64,000 nt of DNA from Octopus vulgaris (taxonomy: Eukaryota), in the NCBI GenBank assembly GCA_951406725.2, contig OX597823.1, positions 90,396,001 through 90,460,000 of the forward strand, read 5' to 3'. Below are positions 51,014 to 63,116 of the stretch, in pieces. Below the pieces are notes generated by a model. It did no database searches and was not told the DNA's origin. It saw only the letters and a list, made by a program, of their open reading frames with translations. Both the position numbers and the translations under genes were made by a program. Every line of letters begins with the position of its first letter. Within the stretch, counting starts at the first letter, position 1.

Positions 51014-52263
51014 ACTCATTAGCTATTTTTCATCTTCAATCACAAAGTTTACATTGACATATTTATATAAAATAACATCATAACTTTTAATATCTTTCTT
51101 TTACTCTTTTACTTGTTTCAGTCATTTGACTGCAGCCATGTTGGAGCACCACCTTTAACATATAATGTGGTGAAAGAGTCAACAGAAGTTCGCCATTACC
51201 TTCTACCAGAGCCGCGTGGAGCTTAAGTGTTTCGCTCATAAACTCATACATCGCCCGGTCTGAGATTCAAACCCACGATCCCTCGACTGTGAGTCTGCTG
51301 CTCTAATCACTAGGCCATCTGTAGAGATAATGTTGAATATTGTTTATACAAGGTGCAACAAAAAAAAAAAAGCCTTAAGCTTCACTGTTCTTGATAAATC
51401 TTTCAACAACATAAGCACAATATGCAGTGGGTCAAACCAACCTAATAACCACACAGAAACTGGTAAAACATTAGCTATCAGAAGACATTATTTCCATCTG
51501 CTTAATCTCACTAGTTCCACAACAATGCTTGTATAAAATATGGGAGAATTTTTCTGCCACACCCTGTATTTATAAAACACATTAGCTACCAAATTATTTC
51601 TATTCATTCTTGTTATTTTTCAAGGGATTATCCTAATGGCTACACCAAATCCATCCATCAAAACAGATTGTCTCAGTATGTTAGACATCACTAGAAGACC
51701 ACCATTATATACAAACAGATAACATTAAATATTATCCATATTAAAATCTTAGCTGCCGGTTAATATAGTATTTCCGTACTAATTCGCTTGTTTACATGAA
51801 ATCAAGATGGCCTATCTGGTTATGTTAGACATTAATTGAAGAAGCTTAACTCTGTGGAGCTAAGCTGCGGAGCAAATATTAATGGAATCAGTGAAACTAA
51901 TGTCAAGATGACAGCTCAATGTTGCAAACAGATATTTGTACTTTAAAAAAAGTGAAGAGGTGTAGGTGTAGCTGGGTGGTTAAGAAGCTTGCTTCCCAAC
52001 CACATGGTTCCAGGTTCAGTCCCACTGTGTGGAACCTTGGGCAAGAGTCTTCTATTATAGCCCTATCAGCAATTTAAATGGCTACATTTAAGCCATTGAA
52101 AGACTTAACTTTTGTTCAAAAAGAAATCTCAGAAAGAATCTTTTGAGATGTGGCACAAACAGATCCAAAGACCCTTTTTTCAGTGAGGTGGCAGGGACAC
52201 TAATAATATAATAATAGATTACACTGGTTAAATGATTGTATAGAATATCTATTACTGATTTGT

Positions 52264-52324
<61 letters not shown>

Positions 52325-52337
52325 GTGTGTGTGTGTT

Positions 52338-52830
52338 ATCATCATCATCATATAACATCTGTTTTCCATGCTAGCATAGGTTGGACAGTCTGACTGAGGT
52401 CTGGAGAGCCAGTGGCTGCACTAGGCTCCAATCTGATCTGGCAATGTTTCTACAGCTGGTTGCCCTTCCTAACGTCAACCATTCTGAGAGTGTAGTGGGT
52501 GCTTTTTACATGCCACCAGCACAGGAGCCAGTCAGGTGGGCCTGGCATCGATTACATTTGGATAGTGCTTTTTACATGCCACTGGCACAGGGGCCAGTCT
52601 GGGAGTACTGGCATCAGCTGAGTTCGGATGGTGCTTTTTATGTGCCACTAGCACAGGAGCCAGTCAGGGGATACTGGCATCGGACATGTTCAGATGGTGC
52701 TTTTTATGTGTCACCGGCACGGGATCCAGTCAGGGGGTACTGGCATTGGCCACATTTGGATGGTACTTTTTACATGCCACTGGCATGGGAGCCTGTCAGG
52801 CACGGGAGGCAGTCAGGGACAGGAGCCAGT
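52338..52830 (-). mobile_element. RTE-type LINE 3'UTR with five to six subunits of about 65 bp
   Basis: Repeated GGTGCTTTTTA(C/T)(A/G)TGCCAC...CCAGTCAGG units. Confidence 0.8.
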
Positions 52831-52962
52831 TATCTATGTATGTATCCAAAGATCCAATTTTCAGTGTATGAATATCTATAGTTAATTTTCTGTATATAAG
52901 TATCCGAAGACCTAGTTTTCAGTGTTTCACTATCTATTGTTGATTTGTTCTCTATATAACAT

Positions 52963-53595
52963 AGAAATGGCTGTGTGGTTAAAAAGATTGCTTTGTAATC
53001 ACATGGTGTCAGTTTCAGTCCTACTGCACAGCACCTTGAGCAAGTGTCTTTTCTTATAGCCCTGGGCCAACCAATGCTACATAAGTGAATTTGGTAGATG
53101 GAAACTGTGTAGAATACCATTCTGCATGTGTGTGTGTGTATGTCTTTGTATTTGTCCTCTCTCTCGCACTTGAAAACCCCCATAACTTAGCAGTTCAGCA
53201 AAAGAAATTGATAGGATAAGTGCCAAACTTTGAAAATCAGTCTTGGATCCATTTTAAGACTAAACTCTTGAAGATGGCACTTCTACTTGCAGCAGCATTC
53301 ACCTGGGATGGATCGAGCCAGTTCTGACCAAGAAGTTCATCGCATCTCTCATGAATACTGACCACATTCAAAGGTCAGCCATTATGTTCTAGCAGGCAAA
53401 ATAATGCTTCTGCCTGCAGCCCCAAATATCCAGACTGCAAATTTGACAAATGCCCCACTGGGGGAGCAGGAGCATCCTTCGGCACAGATGCCATTGCAGT
53501 AGTTGCCATTTGTTGTTGAGGTGTAGGCTTCATGCTTGAACTCTTTAAAGTGGTGCCCCAGCATGGCCACAGTCTAATGATGGAAACACTAAAAA
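52963..53595 (+). mobile_element. SINE family A interrupted by an unrelated insert of about 265 bp
   Basis: The SINE tail breaks after AACTCTTGAAG (about 53263-53273) and resumes at AACTCTTTAAAG (about 53539-53550). Confidence 0.6.
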
Positions 53596-53816
53596 GTTTA
53601 AGTATAAGTATCCAAAGCCCCAGTTTTCAGCGTTTCAATATTGTTGATATGATGATGTGTGTAGGGTGGGAGATAAAACTGGACCTTTTCAGCTTTTCAT
53701 TATGTTGTCTCCAGTTCTATGGAACCAGATCAGTAAATTTGGTAGAATTCCAAATCAGATTCTTCGTTGACATCAAAAAAGTAGATAATGTTTATACACC
53801 CACATACATGTATGCA

Positions 53817-53859
<43 letters not shown>

Positions 53860-53878
53860 GAGTGTGTGTGTATATATT

Positions 53879-53921
<43 letters not shown>

Positions 53922-53998
53922 GTGTGCACATATGTATATATTTATGTGTATACATACACATACATGTATACATACACATACACACACACATATATATT

Positions 53999-54037
<39 letters not shown>

Positions 54038-55047
54038 ATACATACAGTTGCACACACAGATGCATATACACACACATATACACACACATATATACACACA
54101 TTATATACAAACACACACACATATATATATATATATACACACACACATACACACACATGCACACACACACATGCACATACACACACATGCACATACATAC
54201 ATGTAAGTGTGTGTGTGTGTATCTGTATATACACATGAATACACATGCATACATCTATACGTGTGTGTGTGCGTGCATGTGAAAACTGTCATGGGTGCCA
54301 TTAATATTAGCATCGACTTTGTGGCACTGAGCATATTTAAAAGAATGAAAGAAAGAAAGAAAGAAAGAATGAATAGAACAAAGAAAGACAGAAAGAAAGA
54401 ACGGCAGTAAAAAAAACACAAAAGAATCACCAACATAGACTTGAACATGATGGCGTTGTCGCTTGTATTTTTTTTTACATTTTTCTGTTGCATTAACGAT
54501 GATAAACATTTGAACACCGTTGCCATTTAGGCCGGCATTCTGCCAAATGGTTAGCACATTATGGAAATTACACACCAACTAAACATTATTCCTTCATAAA
54601 AGCATTTCTACCAATTCTAGGTATTGCTGTTCTTATTCTTTTTATTTTCTATCGTTTTTTTTAAATTTTAAAATTCTTTTTCTTTTTCTTGTTCTTCTTC
54701 TCTTCTGCCCTTAATATATCAGATTGCCTATGAAGTAATTAACACACTTAATAATGTGATAGATTAATCAATAATTACATTGATTTCTTTTTTTTTTTTG
54801 TTTTAATTGTTTTTCTCTCTCGCTTTTTAAGGCACATGGCTAATTCTTTATCATTGGAGATTTTTCTTGAACAAAAGGATATTGGTCACACTTTTATAAA
54901 TTCTTGACATCATAAAAATCACAGTAAGGTGTGATTTGAGTGAGATTTCATCACTATTTCTTCAAGCAGGTCACAGGGAAATCACATTTCTGATGTTATT
55001 GTTTAAATCTGGATTAACCCTTTAAGCATTCAGATTATTTTGTCAAA

Positions 55048-55458
55048 CTGGCACTTATGCCTGTGCTAGTAGGGTGCCAAGAACACCATCTGAGCGTGAT
55101 CGTTGTGATCGTTGTCAGAGCAGCCAACTGGCTTCCTTACCCATGGCACGTAAAAAAGGGCACCATTCAAGCGTGATCGTTACCAATGTTGCTTCACTGG
55201 CACCTGTGTCGGTGGCACATGTAAAAAGATTTGAGCGAGGTCATTGCCAGTACCACCTGACTGGCCCCATGCAGGTGGCACGTAAAAAGCACCCACTACA
55301 CTCTCGGAGTGGTTGGCGTTAGGATGGGCATCCAGCTGTAGAAACTCTGTCAGATCAAGACTGGAGCCTGGTGCAGCCATCTGGTTGCCAGCCCTCAGTC
55401 AAAACTGTCCAACCCATGCTAGCATGGAAAACGGACGTTAAACGATGATGATGATGAT
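55048..55458 (+). mobile_element. RTE-type LINE 3'UTR (same subfamily as 24082-24795)
   Basis: Contains a single copy of the 130-bp unit. Further 3'UTR copies lie at about 55870-56075, 56390-56620 and 57575-57827. Confidence 0.75.
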
Positions 55459-58400
55459 GTAATGCATATTTATTCACATTGTTTTGAATTAATCATGCTT
55501 TATCTCATTGCTTTGAGATTTCAATGATGTGCTGGTTTAGTTTTAGAATGACATTGTAAGGTAAGTGTAAGAGGCAGAATATGGCTGGTTTGAAAATGAA
55601 AGCTATAGAATATTTGGGCTGGATGTGGTCAATTGAAATACTAAAGGTTTACAGTTGTGGATTGACAGAATCATGAGAATATCAGACAAATATGATTTGA
55701 ATATTTGTTCTTTTTTCTAATTGGTATATCCATGTATCCACAGCAAGATACATAGATATCTTTGTCCCGCTATACTTTTAATCTCTCAACTGACACCAAG
55801 CAATCTCACCTTCAATACTACTCCCCTTTCTTTAGTTGAGGGCTTTTTGTCTTGTAAGATATTTGGTGACCCTGTCAGTGTTGGTGCCACATGAAAAGCA
55901 CTGGTGCTGGTGCTGCCTGAAAGCGCCTAGTAAACTCTGTAAAAGTGGGAGGGCATCCAGCCATAGAAGACATGCTAAAATGTATAACGGAGCCTGGTGC
56001 AACCCTGGCCTTACCAGCACCTGTCAACTCATTCCAACATGGAAAACAGATGTTAAATGATGGTAATGATGATTGCTTTGAATTAATCATGTATTGTCTT
56101 GTAGCTCTGGAATTGCAATGTTGAGATTGTTTACTTTTAGAATGACATTGTAGGATAGGCATGAGAGGCAGGATCTGGTTGGTTCGAATATAAAAACAGA
56201 TGGAATATTTTGGTCAGATATGGTCATTCTGGATGTGAAAGGTTTACTGTTGTGGATTGAGAAAATCATTAGAACATCAGACAAAAGTGCTTTGCAGTAT
56301 TTTGTCTTAGCGCTTCACATTCTGAGTTCAAATCCTGTGAAAGTCAACTTTACTTTCAAATTTCCAGGGTCAATAAAATAAAATACAAATACTGGTGCCA
56401 CATAAAAAGCACCCAGCACACTCTCTAAAGTGGTTGGCATTTGGAAGGGCGTCAAGCTGTAGAAACCATGCCAGAACAGACGATTGGAACCTGGTATAGC
56501 TCTCTGGTTTGTCAGCTCTTGTTGAACTGTCCAGCCTATACCAGCATGGAAAATGGAGGTTAAAGGATGATGACAATGGTAAAGATGATGATAGTGATGA
56601 TGATAATGATGGTGATGAAGATGACACTATTTTTGCTTCAATTAAGTTTGAAAATAAAGAAAAATTTATTTAAATAACTTTGTCATTGTTACTAAGCAGG
56701 CCTATGTTCAAAGGCATTCCAACCATGACTGTCCAGTCATTTTTAATTTAATCTCATTAAATTCCAGGCTATACTATCCAATGATGTTAGGGTGTGATCT
56801 GACCCTTTTCATACTAACCCACCTGAGACCACCCCTCGTTCCATGAGACAGACTTCATATTTCAAACTGATCTAAACAAAAACTTTCCGTCAGAATTCCA
56901 TTTTAATTCATGGTTCAAATGCCAGATTAATAACGACAAAACTGTTTTACTAAATTCTTCATTTTTTTCCAAATTAATTGAAACAATGTCTGTGCATTTC
57001 AACAGAAATATGGTACCAAAAAGGTTAATAATAACAAAGTTACTGCTAAATTCTTCAATAATTTCAAAATTAATTGAAACAAAAGCAATGAATTCTTTCA
57101 ACAAAAATACAACAAAGGGTTTAAGCTGGTGTTTGGAACATAAATGAACATGGAATTCTGATGAAAGGATTTTGAACTTGTATCATTTAGTTGGAAATTT
57201 GTATCAAAGAACTAAGGCTAGTCTTGGGTGAATTGATATCAAAAAGGGTTTTAAATTAATTTTTAACTGTAAGAAAAACTTTAAAATATACAAAAGAAAA
57301 ACATGTAAAAGAGAATAAATAATTGAAGCATAACAGATCTTTTCTCTTTTACCTGCTTCAGTTTTTAGGTTGTGGCCATGCTGGGGCACCACCTCGAAGG
57401 TTTTAGTTGAATAAAACGACCCCAGTACTTATCTTTTGAAGTCTGTTATGCTGTCAGTCTCTTTTGTCAAATTGCCAAGTTAGGGGAATGTAAACAAACC
57501 AACACCAGCTGTCAAGCAGTGTGGAGACTGTATATTTTATATATATATATGTTAATGTTTGTTTTTATGTGTAGTTAAAAAAGCACCATTTGAGCATGGC
57601 TGATGCCAGTGCCACCTGACTGGTTCCCATGCCGGTGGCACGTAAAAAGCACCCAATACACTCTTGGAGTGGTTGGCATTAGAAAGGGCATCCAGCTGTA
57701 GAAACCTTGCCAGATCAGATTGGAGCCTGGTGCAGCCTTCTGGCTTGCCAGCCCTCAGTCAAACCGTCCAACCCATGCAAGCATGGAAAGTGGACGTTAA
57801 ACGACGACGATGATGACGATGATGATGTTACTCTATGCTTCTGTGGAGCACAAATTTATTATTCTTTAACAAGAATATTGCTGACAGTAACTTCAAAGTT
57901 TTGACCAGTTAAGCCATCATTGGGCTGCCTCACACACACACACCAGGCTTCTTTCAGTTTCCAGTTATTAAATCCACTCACAAGGCTTTATTCAGCCTGG
58001 GGCTTATAGTATGTGACACTAACCCAAAGTGCCACCTGATGTGGGATTATTTTCCTATTTTTCTTTTTTCTTTTTTCGCAATTAATTAAAAAATTTATTG
58101 AGCTATTATTTGAAAACTCACTGAACTAAAGGAACGGCTTGGGCGTCTTAACATACTTAACCCTAATGGTCAGAACCGAATGGGAGCAAATGAAAGAAAA
58201 ATAAAAAGCTTAGAGAGAAGCCAGCAAAAGGAGGTCATATTATTAAATTCCAATTACAAAGCTAAATGAAAAAAATTAAATAACAGAACAATAAAATAAA
58301 TAAAATAAAGTATTTTTTAGTAAAACATAAATGACTAAAGCGAATTATCAAGTAATGAGATTTGACTTCGTTTATCTCTGTTTGAAATCAATTATGAAAG

Positions 58401-58975
58401 TAGAATTCTATAAAACAACCGTAATAATGATTTGATATAAAAAAAATATAATGTAAAAAAAAGGAGGTAAAAAAAAGCCAGTGAAAAAAAGAACAAAAAA
58501 TATAGAAGAACATTCACTAGTGTGTGTGTGTGTGAGGGGGGCATTGATGGTGTTTCTAACAACAACAAAAGGAAAAAGGAAAAGATGAGCAGAAATTTAC
58601 AGACTTGGAGTTAGAGCTATGATGGATTTAATATATGTGTGTGTGTGTGAGTGTACTTATATCTCTCTATCTATTTATGAGACTGTCTGTCTGTGTACCT
58701 ACCTACCTACCTACCTACTTACCTACCTACCTACCTACCTACCTACCTACCTACCTACCTACCGACCTACCTATCTATCTATCTATGAGCCTACCTACCT
58801 ACCTACCTACCTATCTATCTATCCACGCACCTACCTACCTACATGCCTGTTTGTCTATCTATCTATGTATCTATGAGCCTGCCTGCCTGCCTGCCTGCCT
58901 ACCTATCTATATATCTATTTACCTACCTACCTACCTCTCTCTCTCTCTGCCTACCTACCTATCTATCTATCTATA

Positions 58976-59815
58976 TAGTATTAATAACGTTAAGTGGAGG
59001 TGCAATGGCCCAGTGGTTAGGGCAGCGGACTTGCGGTCATAGGATCGCGGTTTCGATTCCCAGACCGGGCGTTGTGAGTGTTTATTGAGCGAAAACACCT
59101 AAAGCTCCACGAGTCTCCGGCAGGGGATGGTGGTGATCCCTGCTGTACTCTTTCACCACAACTTTCTCTCACTCTTACTTCCTGTTTCTGTTGTACCTGT
59201 ATTTCAAAGGGCCGGCCTTGTCACTCTCTGTGTCACGCTGAATATCCCCAAGAACTACGTTAAGGGTACACGTGTCTGTGGAGTGCTCAGCCACTTACAC
59301 GTTAATTTCACGAGCAGGCTGTTCCGTTGATTTGGATCAACCGGAACCCTCATCGTCGTAACCGACGGAGTGCTTCCAATAACGTTAAAGAGAACAGAGA
59401 TTTTTCACATCCATAATTTTAATCAACAGTTATTTACAGCAACCTTTTCTGGACCTATGTGCATCTCAACTGCATCAACTACACACTGTTGGATATGCAG
59501 CCTGGTGCCATGGGTGGGGCAGTGTCATCAGGGTCCTTACTCAGCAAGCTGAATGAGTAAAGTGTTTTTTGTGAGGTATGGGTGCTACTATTTATAGTTG
59601 TAGGAACCATGACTTAGGGTTCACCTCTACTAAATGTGGTCGGTGAAGCAAAACATAGTCCTAGAAATAGGTCAAGGTTGGATTGGATGTTTATGTAGAT
59701 TTATCATTTGATGCGGTTGAAACGCACATAATTCCAGAAAAGGATGCTGTAAATAACTGTTGATTAAAATTATGGCTGTGAAAAATCTCCATTCTTCTTA
59801 TCCTTATTAATACTA
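58976..59815. mobile_element. MITE-like element with TIRs of about 110 bp; left TIR split by a SINE
   Basis: 58976-58993 plus 59389-59478 is the reverse complement of about 59707-59815. Confidence 0.75.
58994..59377 (+). mobile_element. Young full-length SINE family C with 11-bp TSD
   Basis: A box TGGCCCAGTGG and B-box-like GGTTTCGATTCC, with many CpGs retained. TSD AATAACGTTAA at 58983-58993 and 59378-59388. Confidence 0.9.
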
Positions 59816-60028
59816 TTCATTTCTCTATGGAAACTAATACAAGTAAACTGAAAGTTCAAAAAAGAAAGCAGTGAACTTAGGCTTTTATTTGCTTACAATT
59901 TGACCAGTTCTTGTAAATAATATACACACCTTAATTTATACTTATTCAGTAAGATAACAAATATACACTATTAATAACCAGCATAAGTCAACATACTCAA
60001 GCAAAAGAAGAGTCTACAACATATTCAA

Positions 60029-60400
60029 CCCTTTCATTACTGTATTTCTGTTGAGATGCTCTGTGTTTCTTTCAATTACTTTAAATATAACTGAGAATTT
60101 AGTAAAATAACTTAGTTATCATTCAGCTAGTATTAGGAACATGAATTGTGACTAAGGTTTGGTGGAAGATTTTAATTCAAAACTTATGAAAACAAGACAT
60201 TTATACTACAGAGCCAGAGATAGTCTCAGCCAGGTTGATATCGAGAGAGTTAAAAATATGGTGACTTTAACCCTTTTGTTACCATATTTCTGTTGAGATG
60301 CTCTGTGTTTCTTTCACTTACTTTAACTATAACAAAGAATTTAGTAAAATAACTTAGTTATCATTTAGCTAGTATTAGGAACATAAATTATGAATAAATT
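60029..60400 (+). mobile_element. Two adjacent copies (one full, one partial) of the piggyBac-like MITE
   Basis: 60029-60249 aligns to 30033-30254, and the second copy starts TTAA-CCCTTTTGTTACC at 60271. Diverged copies lie at about 56800-57125. Confidence 0.8.
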
Positions 60401-60556
60401 TTGGTCTGTGTTTCTTTCAATTCACCTGTGCCATAGAAATGCCCCTTTCTATATAAAACCCTACCCCACCATCCAAATTCTGGTTTTAAATAAGTACACC
60501 CCCAATTTAGCTTTTTATATAAAATATGTTAATATAGATATATTTAGCATTTTTGT

Positions 60557-60926
60557 AGAGGTGCAATGGCCCATGGGTAAGGGCGGTGGACTCGCAATTG
60601 TAGGATTGCGGTTTTGATTCCCAGACCAGATGTTGTGAGTGTTTATTGAGCGAAAACACCGAAAGTTCCATGAGGCTCCAACAGGGGGTGGTGGCGAACC
60701 CTGTTGTATTCTTTCACCACACTTCTTTCTTCCTGTTTCTATTGTACCTGTATTTCAAAAGGGCCAGCTTTGTCACACTCTGTGTCACGCTGAATCTCCC
60801 TGAGAACTACGTTAAGTGTACATGTGTCTGTGGAGTGCTCAGCCACTTGCACGTTAATTTCATGAGCAAGCTGTTCCGTTGATCAGGTCAGTTGGAATCC
60901 TCACCATCATAACCGACGGAGTGCCA
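60557..60926 (+). mobile_element. SINE family C
   Basis: Colinear with 58994-59377. A head-only minus-strand copy lies at about 51165-51320. Confidence 0.85.
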
Positions 60927-61277
60927 TGATTTAGCATTTTTACATAATATAATGATTTAATATTTGAAAAAATCTATATAAAATACTTGAATGAGAATTA
61001 CAAGTTTGCTTCGATTTTGGTAAGCTTTAATCAGCGTTTGGCGTTAAATTAGTTCCAGAATGTAGCAGACAGTTCTTCAAATTAGAATCAGTGAATTGCG
61101 ACTACATTTTGATTGTTTTAAAATCACTTTATATGTATTTGTTTGTTTTCTTTATTACCCATAGAGGGCGACTATTATATGTATTTGTTTAGTTGGACAT
61201 CTTTCTAAAACAACAAATACAGCAGATGGGAGTCTGGTCAAATCTTGTTGGTACTGATAAAATATTCTTTTCTACTC

Positions 61278-61490
61278 TAGGCACAAGGCCCGAAATTGTT
61301 TGGGGAGGGGGCTAGTCAATTACATCAACAATAGTACATACACAACTGGTACTTAATTTGTCAACCCCCCCACCAAAAAGGATGAAAGGCAAAGTCGACC
61401 TTGGTGGAATTTGAACTCAGAATGTAAAGACAGACGAAATACCACTAAGCTATTTGTCTGGTGTGCTAACGTTTCTGCCATCTCACCTCT
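61278..61490 (-). mobile_element. SINE family B (alternative tail)
   Basis: Reverse complement of 30359-30575. Confidence 0.75.
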
Positions 61491-61707
61491 GTGGTACTGA
61501 AAAAATATTCACAAAATAATGGATTAGGTGGAAGCATGTGGCTTAATGGTTTGGGTGCTGGACTCATGATCCTTAGATGGTGCTTTCTATTCCTTGACCA
61601 GGTATTCTTGAGCAAAACACTTCATTTCATGTTGCTCCAGTCCACTCAGCTGGTAATAATTACTAAATCTGTGATGGACTGGCAACCCATCCAGGTGGGA
61701 AAATACA

Positions 61708-62022
61708 CATCATCATCATCATCATCATCATTTAGCGTCCGTTTTCCATGCTAGCATGGGTTGGACGGTTCTGCTGGGGTCTGTGAAGCCAGAAGGCTTC
61801 ATCAGGCCCAGTCAAATCTGGCAGTGTTTCTACGGCTGGATGCCCTTCCTAACGCCAACCACTCCGTGAGTGTAGTGGGTGCTTTTTACGTGCCACCCGC
61901 ACTGGTGCCAGACAGAGCTGGCAAACGGCCACGAACGAATGGTGCTTTTTATGTGCCACCGGCACGATGTGCCACCGATGTGCCACCGATGTGCCACCGA
62001 TGTGCCACACACGATGTGCCAC
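61708..62022 (-). mobile_element. RTE-type LINE 3'UTR ending in an 11-bp tandem array
   Basis: Conserved terminus, with GATGTGCCACC repeated about 4-5 times at 61966-62022. Confidence 0.75.
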
Positions 62023-62040
62023 ACACACATATATATATAT

Positions 62041-62083
<43 letters not shown>

Positions 62084-62096
62084 CACATATATATAT

Positions 62097-62137
<41 letters not shown>

Positions 62138-62150
62138 CACATATATATAT

Positions 62151-62193
<43 letters not shown>

Positions 62194-62670
62194 CACATAT
62201 ATATATACACACACACATATATATATATATATATACTCTTTTACTCTTTTACTTGTTTCAGTCATTTGACTGCGGCCATGCTGGAGCACCGCCTTTAGTC
62301 CTGCAACTCGACTCCGGGACATTCTTTGTAAGCCCAGTACTTATTTTAGCGGTCTCTTTTGCCAAACCGCTAAGTGACGGGGACATAAACACACCAGCAT
62401 CGGTTGTCAAGCAATGCTAGGGGGACAAACACAGACACACAGACATACACTCACACACACACACATATATATATATATATACACACACATGCATATATAT
62501 ATATACACACATATATACACACACACATATATATATATATATATAGATATATATAAATACATACACATATATATACATACAGGGAGAATTCACAAAAAAA
62601 CAAAAGACAAAGACAGGTGGTGTAGACAATAAACAGATGTATTAGTATAATGCTTGGGAAGTGAAAAAGT

Positions 62671-62706
62671 CTTTAACATTTCGAGCCTACACTCTTCCAC
62701 AGAAAG
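62671..62706 (-). ncRNA. Degenerate minimal hammerhead motif in a pLTR remnant (about 62580-62772)
   Basis: CTTT-CTGTGGA-AGAGTgtagGCTC-GAAAT-GTT-AAAG; same family as 2737-2772. Confidence 0.5.
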
Positions 62707-63046
62707 GAACACAGAAAGAAACAAGGAGAGAAAATAAAGAATGTGTAGTGGCTAGCGATCTATCATGGTGAATATATATATATACACACATATATACATA
62801 CATACATATACATATATATATACACATGCACACATACATAAAAAGTGTATAGTATTTCTTTCCTTTTAATTTTCACACTAAGATTTTCATAATTTCAAAT
62901 CTTGGTAAGTAGTTTTAATTCTATCATTTGCTGCTGACCATGTGACTGCACCTGTGCATTTGATTTGAAAACATAAATGTATAAGCATGCAGTACACGTG
63001 GAATTTTGGTGTGTATTTGCTGCATAATTACATATTGTCTTAGGCG

Positions 63047-63116
63047 ATCCCACTGATGAAGTACAGATGACTAATTAATTTATTTGTTCATTAATACAGA
63101 CACTCGAGTTTGGGAT
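63047..63116 (+). ncRNA. Hammerhead motif with one core substitution
   Basis: ATCCCA-CTGATGA-(long imperfect stem II)-GACAC-TCGA-GTT-TGGGAT. Stem I is a perfect 6 bp and stem III is the palindrome ACTCGAGT; GAAA is changed to GACA. Confidence 0.65.

Noticed and set aside
51830-51894. CATTAA-TTGAAGA-AGCTTA...TAAGCT...TTAATG
   Set aside because: Stem-like pairings exist, but the GAAA box and cleavage triplet are missing.
58994-59075. tRNA gene-like A and B boxes
   Set aside because: It is the head of a multicopy SINE bounded by TSDs, and no proper cloverleaf is evident.
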